From assembly GCA_965206345.1 (NCBI GenBank), contig OZ242211.1, positions 1,018,758-1,082,757 on the forward strand: a DNA stretch of 64,000 nucleotides. The letters are read 5' to 3'. The DNA comes from Arenicellales bacterium (GTDB lineage Bacteria > Pseudomonadota > Gammaproteobacteria > Arenicellales > JAJDZL01). The position numbers and the translations under genes were made by a program. The notes beneath the pieces were generated by a model. That model had not been told where the DNA came from. It was given only the letters and a program-made list of their open reading frames with translations, and made no database searches. Of the stretch, positions 57,607 through 64,000 are shown one piece after another (position 1 is the first letter of the stretch; every line of letters starts with the position of its first letter).

Positions 57607-59385
57607 TCAGTTCTGCCCTTCCGTCTCTTTGTAGACTGTGTAGAGTTGGTAGTAGTGCCCCTCACGCGCCAGCAGTTCCTGGTGTGTGCCGTCTTCCACA
57701 ATTCGACCCTCACTTAGCACCACAATCCGCTCAACATGCTCTATCGACGCCAGCCGATGGGCAACGATAATCACCGTTCGGCCTTCACCCAGAGCGTCTA
57801 GCGCCTTACGCACTTCGAATTCAGATTTGGTGTCCAGCGACGAAGTTGCCTCGTCGAAGATCAGTATCGGCGCATCCTTGATGAAGGCACGGGCAATTGC
57901 AATCCTTTGTTTTTGTCCACCAGACAGGCGAACACCGCGTTCTCCAATCTGCGTGTCAAATCCATTTGGCAGGTTTTCGATGAAGTCAAGTGCGTAAGCG
58001 GATTTGGCTGCCTCGTGAATTTTCTCATCCGTTGAATTTTCGATGTTTCCATAAGCAATATTGGCGGCTACCGTGTCATCAAACAGGAAAATATCCTGAC
58101 TGACCAGCGCTATCTGACTGCGGACATCCGCCAGCGTATATTCGCGAATATCAACGCCATCAATCAGCAGGGTGCCATCCTGAATCTCATAAAGACGTGG
58201 AATCAGTGAAGTGAGAGTGCTCTTGCCGCTACCGGATGATCCAACCAGTGCGACGGTCTGACGAGGCTTGATGTCCAAACTGACATCATTCAGCGAACTC
58301 GCATCCGATTTTGGGTACTTGTAGGTAATGTTCCTGAACTGAATTTCACCATCAACTTTCTTATTGATCATCGAACGTTTGCCTTCGTCGATTTCTACCT
58401 CCTGATCGATGAGGAAGAAAACCCGCTCTGATGCCGTTAGCCCGGCCTGAAGCATTTCATTGACTCGGAGCAGCTTTTTCAATGAGCTTGAAATTAGTGC
58501 CAGAGCAGCCATAAATGAAACGAATCCCCCGACAGTTAGCGGGTCGGTCAGATCACGGGTTAGACTGAAGTAGACTGTACAAGCGATCACTACCGTTGAA
58601 ATAAACTCAGCAGCAGGCACGGTAAGCTGGCTGGCGACCGCCTGCTTCAGCTTCAGCTGCCGAACGCGGTTGGCGTAATTGTAGAGTCGCTCGCGTTCAT
58701 AATCCTGAGTCTGGTAGAGTTTGACCAGCCGGTGATAGGCAGTCACTTCCTGCAGATGCGCTAGTAGACGCTCACCCATTTGCATAAAATCGCGGTAAAG
58801 TTTACGCAGACGTCTGGCGATAAAGGCGACTATTGTCGCAATCAACGGAGTTGCAATCAATAGGATTAGACTCAATGCCCAGTCCAGAATAAATATCCAA
58901 ACAAGCAAGCCGAGAATGGTGAGGGATTCACGAATGATAGTGATGACCACTGTTGAAGCGGTGTCTGTTAGCTGATTGACATCCGATGAGATTCTAATAT
59001 TGATTTGAGCGGCCGAAATGTCATCGTAAAACTGGGTAGGAAACGCAATCATGCGATCAATCATTTGAGTCTGAAGGTCGTAAACGACGTAACCGAGTAC
59101 CCAACTCATGCACACGCCATGCAGGTAGCTTGCGATGCCTCGAATGGCGAAGAGAATTATCAGTATGATCGGAGTCCAGAGAATGTAGTCCGGATCACGC
59201 TGTACGAAGCTGCCGTCGAGCAGAGGTTTCAATAAAACTGCAACAGCAGGAGTCGTCAGGGCGAAAATCGCAACCAGGGAAAGACCCAGAAAGAAATACC
59301 ATTTGTAAACCATGACATAGCGCAGCAGGCGTCCGTACAGCCTGACGTCCTTGAACAAGGAAAATCTAGAGCGTTTGTTAGTCAC
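57607..59385 (-). CDS. msbA: Lipid A export ABC transporter permease/ATPase
   Basis: Six-TM ABC exporter domain plus NBD: GSSGSGKST, LSGGQKQRIAIARA, ILIFDEATSSLD. 592 aa. Confidence 0.8.
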   Translation of the reverse strand: MTNKRSRFSLFKDVRLYGRLLRYVMVYKWYFFLGLSLVAIFALTTPAVAVLLKPLLDGSFVQRDPDYILWTPIILIILFAIRGIASYLHGVCMSWVLGYVVYDLQTQMIDRMIAFPTQFYDDISAAQINIRISSDVNQLTDTASTVVITIIRESLTILGLLVWIFILDWALSLILLIATPLIATIVAFIARRLRKLYRDFMQMGERLLAHLQEVTAYHRLVKLYQTQDYERERLYNYANRVRQLKLKQAVASQLTVPAAEFISTVVIACTVYFSLTRDLTDPLTVGGFVSFMAALALISSSLKKLLRVNEMLQAGLTASERVFFLIDQEVEIDEGKRSMINKKVDGEIQFRNITYKYPKSDASSLNDVSLDIKPRQTVALVGSSGSGKSTLTSLIPRLYEIQDGTLLIDGVDIREYTLADVRSQIALVSQDIFLFDDTVAANIAYGNIENSTDEKIHEAAKSAYALDFIENLPNGFDTQIGERGVRLSGGQKQRIAIARAFIKDAPILIFDEATSSLDTKSEFEVRKALDALGEGRTVIIVAHRLASIEHVERIVVLSEGRIVEDGTHQELLAREGHYYQLYTVYKETEGQN

Positions 59386-59698
59386 GTGATTAGCAGAAAA
59401 TAAATTGAACGGCTGTCATTTTCAATTTAGCACACAGACTCCGTGTTGGGTTCCTGCCCGGACAATAGAGTCAGTGGAAAACAGCGATGACTATGTGGTT
59501 GAATTATTTGTATGACCACGTTGAAGTGTAAGTGGATGCGGGCCAAGCGGATTGACTTGTCAAGTGATTTGCATACACGACAAAAACGCTACATTAATCA
59601 AGTTTTACACTGCATCGCGTGGATATTCAACACAGGCTATGCCCGTTTCAACCGATGTGAAGCAGATATCGCAAAACTAGGGTAATTGGGACTTGCAA

Positions 59699-60655
59699 TC
59701 AACATGGGTGCCTTTCGGAACCTAGTGTAGCATTGATAATCTTCCTCGCCAATGCAAACTCCATTCTCCTTCGATAATAGCCATCTTTACGGATGCCTTT
59801 AAATGGTGTCAGAAAAATATCTTGAGTTTCATCGCGGAATGTGTTCAATCTCATATTAAGAATTTTCACCAGTTCCGGTATTTCTTCAAACTCCCCGCTG
59901 ATTCTGGTAAAGAATCTTGAAGAAATTTTGATGGAATACTCGTCAATTTCCTTGACTTCGCAAAATCGAATTGAAGGCTCGCGAACATTATCAAAAGAGA
60001 TAAATCCCAATTCACCGTTTGGGTCGTTAAATCGAATTTTTTTGTGCTGTGAAGGACTCGGTATCTTGCTTTCCAAGTCATCAAGCAATCCAATAAATTT
60101 CTGGTCGTAGTAGATTTTGATTTGAGGACTTGGTCGATCACCGAACAGAGCCAAGCAGACTGGATTGTCTGTGTCATTGAACATCCCCCTGTCGTGCAAG
60201 AGAATGTAGACTGACAGCCTGTCGCGAAACAGTCCGCTCTGAAGATAACTCGCTGGAATCAATGCCGCAACGTACCCACAATTGAGCAGGCATAGCTCAA
60301 GACAATGTTTGTAAAGATCATCATGAATGGTGTCTGGATAATCTAACTCTCTTCTGGTCGCTGAATTTCTTGCCAACCAGGGAGGGTTTGTAATACAGAC
60401 TTCAAATCCTTGTGGGAAGGATTTGATCGTATCTCTTTGCTCTACAAAGCTGTCGACCGGCTCGATGTCGTAAGCGCTGAACTGATTACAGAGTCCTATT
60501 TTTTGCAAAGATTTTATGATGTTGTTGGACCCTGCAAAAGGTTCCAACACAACTTTAATTGACAAAGAAATTTGTTCAGCCCACTCCAGGAACGGACTCA
60601 GCGTGAACGGATTGCCTTGTGTGTAATACTGACCTTTAGACCGTTTCTCGGCCAT
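59699..60655 (-). CDS. Gamma-class N6-adenine DNA methyltransferase (orphan)
   Basis: Motif order X-I-II-IV: GQYYT, LEPFAGSNN (FxGxG-like), AYDIEP, then ITNPPW (NPPW catalytic tetrapeptide). The ~190-aa C-terminal region is a possible target-recognition domain. Confidence 0.7.
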   Translation of the reverse strand: MAEKRSKGQYYTQGNPFTLSPFLEWAEQISLSIKVVLEPFAGSNNIIKSLQKIGLCNQFSAYDIEPVDSFVEQRDTIKSFPQGFEVCITNPPWLARNSATRRELDYPDTIHDDLYKHCLELCLLNCGYVAALIPASYLQSGLFRDRLSVYILLHDRGMFNDTDNPVCLALFGDRPSPQIKIYYDQKFIGLLDDLESKIPSPSQHKKIRFNDPNGELGFISFDNVREPSIRFCEVKEIDEYSIKISSRFFTRISGEFEEIPELVKILNMRLNTFRDETQDIFLTPFKGIRKDGYYRRRMEFALARKIINATLGSERHPC

Positions 60656-60962
60656 ATGTAAGCCTGCTGTATATCCTTGATAGAAGTGAATAATATTACA
60701 CTCGTATGCAAAACCTTTCGGCTTATTTTTCCATAACGATCTCGGTCGGCTTTGCCATTAGTGTCAGGAAGCAATTCCCAGAAATCAATTTGCAAGCTTA
60801 TTGGTATCCACAAGATTAGCTGAAAGAAGTCAATCTCTTTTACCTGAATCGAAAATTCTACGTTACTTCAATCTGTCAACAGTTTAAGCAACAACTTTAT
60901 ATAATTTCCGCTTTTTCAAACATAGGCGCATCTAAAGAGAGCCAGACTTGGTCAGAGGAACA

Positions 60963-61391
60963 ATGAAGACGATTTCAGCGAAAGCCAGCGATGTGAAACG
61001 CGAATGGTATCTGATTGACGCGTCGGACAAGGTATTGGGGCGGATGGCAACAGAAATTGCGATTCGTCTGCGCGGCAAACACAAACCGATCTACACACCG
61101 CATGTTGACACAGGGGACTATGTGGTGGTTATCAATGCCGAGAAAGTGATCCTGACCGGAAACAAGGATAATGCCAAAGTCTATCACCGACACTCTGGTC
61201 GACCTGGTGGCTTGACCACTGTCCCAGTCAGCACAATGCGAAAAAGACACCCGACCCGCATCATTGAACTTGCCGTCAAAGGCATGATGCCCAAAGGTCC
61301 TCTCGGTCGGGCAATGATGTCCAAACTGAAAGTCTACGCCGGCCCAGATCAGCCGCATAAGGCGCAGTCTCCGAAGCCGCTTAATTTCTAG
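60963..61391 (+). CDS. rplM: 50S ribosomal protein L13
   Basis: [52 protein letters not shown] is collinear with L13. ATG 60963 chosen. Confidence 0.95.
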   Translation: MKTISAKASDVKREWYLIDASDKVLGRMATEIAIRLRGKHKPIYTPHVDTGDYVVVINAEKVILTGNKDNAKVYHRHSGRPGGLTTVPVSTMRKRHPTRIIELAVKGMMPKGPLGRAMMSKLKVYAGPDQPHKAQSPKPLNF

Positions 61392-61402
61392 AGTTAGTGA
61401 TC

Positions 61403-61801
61403 ATGGCAACATCCAGCGAAACGTACTACGGAACCGGTCGAAGAAAGTCTTCAACAGCTCGAGTCTACCTGACCAAAGGAAGCGGCAGCATAGTCGCGAA
61501 CAACCGTCCAATTGAAGAATATTTCGGACGGGAAACCTCTCGAATGATTATCCGTCAGCCACTTGAGCATCTCGGTATGATGAACACAGTCGATGTGAAG
61601 GTTAACGTATCTGGCGGTGGCCAAAGCGGGCAGGCAGGCGCAATTCAACTGGGCATCGCCCGAGCACTGGTGAATTACGATGAAGCTAATCGGCCTGCGC
61701 TTCGAAAGGGTGGATTCCTGACCCGCGACGCCCGTGAAGTCGAAAGAAAGAAAGTCGGTCTGCACAAAGCAAGAAAACGACCGCAATACTCCAAACGATA
61801 G
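61403..61801 (+). CDS. rpsI: 30S ribosomal protein S9
   Basis: [16 protein letters not shown]...GGG.SGQAGA...G.ARAL...LTRD.R.VERKK.G..KARK..Q.SKR. Confidence 0.95.
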   Translation: MATSSETYYGTGRRKSSTARVYLTKGSGSIVANNRPIEEYFGRETSRMIIRQPLEHLGMMNTVDVKVNVSGGGQSGQAGAIQLGIARALVNYDEANRPALRKGGFLTRDAREVERKKVGLHKARKRPQYSKR

Positions 61802-61849
61802 TTGCTAAAACAATAGCGCTGTAGTTTTATCGTTAGGGGTTCCAGATTC

Positions 61850-61923
61850 TGGGGAATCGTCTAACGGCAGGACAACGGACTCTGACTCCGTCAATCTAGG
61901 TTCGAATCCTAGTTCCCCAGCCA
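61850..61923 (+). tRNA. tRNA-Gln (anticodon CUG)
   Basis: Acceptor TGGGGAA/TTCCCCA, anticodon stem ACGGA/TCCGT with loop CTCTGAC, T-loop TTCGAAT, discriminator G, encoded CCA. Collinear with E. coli tRNA-Gln. Confidence 0.9.
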
Positions 61924-61959
61924 TTCCTTTGCCATTGAAACTGATTGTTGATTCCAGTT

Positions 61960-62736
61960 TCAGTCGCGTATGCCGTAGCCTCGTTCCAGCAGAACCAAGC
62001 AGAGGGTAAACAGAATTGCAGCAGCAACAAGAATCACCGTAAACGAGACTCCTATCCCGACATCACTGGACCCCAAGAAACCGTAGCGGGCGATATTGAT
62101 TACGTAAAGAATTGGGTTTGCCAGAGATACGAGTCGCCAGAATTCTGGCAGCAGCTGCACCGAGTAAAACACACCTCCAAGATAGATCAGAGGGGTCAAA
62201 ACAAAGTTGGGAATGATGGAAACATCGTCGAATTTTTTTGCGAACATTCCATTCAACATTCCGCCCAAAGCAAACACTACTGATGTCAGCAGTACGACCA
62301 GGGCAGTTATTATCGGGTGGACTATATCGACCGTGGCAAACAGCGTTGCCACAAGCAGAACCACAATTCCCACCAGTACCCCACGACAAACGCCTCCGGT
62401 TAGGTAACCAATCAATATCACCGAGCTGGGAACTGGTGAAACCATAATTTCTTCGATAAACCGCTGAAATTTCGCCGAGAAGAATGAAGAAGCTACATTC
62501 GTGTAACTTCCCGTGATGACAGACATGAGAACCAGACCAGGAACAATGAAATCAATGTAGGTGTGACCTTGCATCGGTCCTATTCGAGGTCCGATCAAAT
62601 TGCCGAATATCAGAAAATACAGACAGGTTGTGATAACCGGCGGGATCAGTGTCTGCGTCCAAATTCTCATGAAACGCGTGATCTCCTTGCGACACAAGGT
62701 GTAAAGTGCAACGGAACTGTGTAGTGACCTGTTCAT
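61960..62736 (-). CDS. ABC-2 type transporter permease (YadH-like)
   Basis: 258 aa with six hydrophobic segments. It overlaps the upstream ATPase gene stop by 4 nt. Confidence 0.8.
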   Translation of the reverse strand: MNRSLHSSVALYTLCRKEITRFMRIWTQTLIPPVITTCLYFLIFGNLIGPRIGPMQGHTYIDFIVPGLVLMSVITGSYTNVASSFFSAKFQRFIEEIMVSPVPSSVILIGYLTGGVCRGVLVGIVVLLVATLFATVDIVHPIITALVVLLTSVVFALGGMLNGMFAKKFDDVSIIPNFVLTPLIYLGGVFYSVQLLPEFWRLVSLANPILYVINIARYGFLGSSDVGIGVSFTVILVAAAILFTLCLVLLERGYGIRD

Positions 62737-63701
62737 TCCGATTGATTCACCTGCATTTCAATGGCCTCTCTCCTCAATAGTTCCATAAATAGCGTCTCCA
62801 GACGGTTGGACTTGGTTTGAATGCTGATGGCGTGGATATCGTGTTTCGATAGTGTCTCAAAAACTGCATTGATGCTACTGTTCCGGGCGATATCCACTTC
62901 AACTGTCGTTGGGTCGACCAATCGAACAGAATCGTTCAACTCGTGTGGCAGCACTTGTGAATCAATCGGCTGTACCAGATCAAGAACGTAGGTTTCCTGG
63001 TTGAGTTGTTTGAACAAGGACTTCATGTCAATATCCAGAATCAATTCACCAAGCTCAATAATCCCTACGTTGCGGCACAATTTTTCCGCTTCCTGGAGGT
63101 AGTGTGTCGTCAGAATGATGGTGACACCCTTCTGGTTAAGTTCCTGCAGGAATTCCCACATCGACAGCCGTGTTTCAAAGTCAATGCCGGCAGTCGGTTC
63201 ATCCAGTATCAGCAATCGGGGTTCATGCATAAGTGCGCGAGCAATCATCAGTTTTCTTTTCATGCCACCTGACAGCCTGCGCGCCGTGTTATTGCGGTAA
63301 TCCCACAAATTCAGAGTTGTCAGGTACTTTTCAGCCTGAAGAAGCGCTTTGGAGCGCGGGACTCCGTAGTAGCCGGCGTGATTGATCACGATATTCCATG
63401 GTGTTTCAAACTGGTTGAAATTGATTTCCTGTGGTACCAGGCCAATATTTGACTTGGCGCGACCAAAGTCCTGATCGATATCTACACCAAATATGTAGAC
63501 CTTGCCGGATGACTTGGTCACCAGCGAACAGGCAATGCCAATGGTTGTTGATTTACCGGCTCCGTTTCTTCCGAGCAGTGCATAGAAATCCCCCTCTTCA
63601 ACCGAAAAGGATACTCCCTTCAGTGCGATTCTGCCGTTAGAGTAGGTTTTCTTAAGGTTGGATACGGAAAGCGCCTGATTTGAGGTGCCTGATTGAATCA
63701 C
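62733..63701 (-). CDS. ABC transporter ATP-binding protein (YadG-like)
   Basis: Walker A GRNGAGKST, signature LSGGMKRK, Walker B LILDEPTAGID, plus a C-terminal accessory domain. Confidence 0.85.
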   Translation of the reverse strand: MIQSGTSNQALSVSNLKKTYSNGRIALKGVSFSVEEGDFYALLGRNGAGKSTTIGIACSLVTKSSGKVYIFGVDIDQDFGRAKSNIGLVPQEINFNQFETPWNIVINHAGYYGVPRSKALLQAEKYLTTLNLWDYRNNTARRLSGGMKRKLMIARALMHEPRLLILDEPTAGIDFETRLSMWEFLQELNQKGVTIILTTHYLQEAEKLCRNVGIIELGELILDIDMKSLFKQLNQETYVLDLVQPIDSQVLPHELNDSVRLVDPTTVEVDIARNSSINAVFETLSKHDIHAISIQTKSNRLETLFMELLRREAIEMQVNQSE

Positions 63702-64000
63702 TTAAAGTCGGAAACTGAAGAATATTGAAAAAGTTATTTTTTGAATCTGTATCGATTCAGTATCGGAAGAGCATAGGTCTACAGGTACTGAATGTTCACA
63801 TGTTTCAATTGCAAGGTAAACAGAAAGACCAAAAATCCCTCACAGCCTGCATTCGAAGCAACAGGGGGTTGCATAGATTTGAAGTCATATGATATTCAAA
63901 TTAGCCGTCCTGCAAGCACTTCTTTTCAATCTCTGTATAGGTCGAATTAATCGCAATAAGTGATTAACACTACTTCAGGCAGGAGCACATTCCAAGCACT

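Overview
This is a 64-kb chromosomal window that looks gammaproteobacterial. Supporting synteny: dut-coaBC divergent from rpmB-rpmG, rplM-rpsI, and a yibN-like rhodanese next to envC. Hand-counted lines put most of it at roughly 45-50% GC. I support about 60 protein genes, mostly housekeeping and metabolism: pdxJ, htpG, metA, grxC, dut, coaBC, infA, hemJ, trmL, gloA, ybdK, ltaE, lgt, icd, msbA, a ggt-family gene, two ABC systems and others. There are four tRNA genes and several decayed gene fragments. I saw no rRNA, CRISPR array, intact transposase or integrase.

Four things stand out:
1. A low-GC two-gene insertion at 33.0-38.5 kb. It pairs an AAA+/DUF4143 ATPase with a translationally coupled 1,406-aa NACHT-like STAND NTPase that ends in a PD-(D/E)xK nuclease-like motif. 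I read this as a candidate, unnamed anti-phage module.
2. A tRNA-Arg(UCU) gene interrupted at anticodon position 34/35 by a 211-nt group I (IC3-like) intron, inside a tRNA Pro-Arg-His cluster.
3. A mosaic accessory stretch at 9.7-15 kb just upstream of that tRNA cluster. It holds a roughly 60% GC flavin reductase/luciferase-like monooxygenase islet bounded by gene stumps, a second solitary AAA+/DUF4143 paralog, and a frameshifted flavin monooxygenase.
4. An orphan low-GC gamma-class N6-adenine DNA methyltransferase between msbA and rplM.

All functional calls come from motif recognition by eye. No database search was run.
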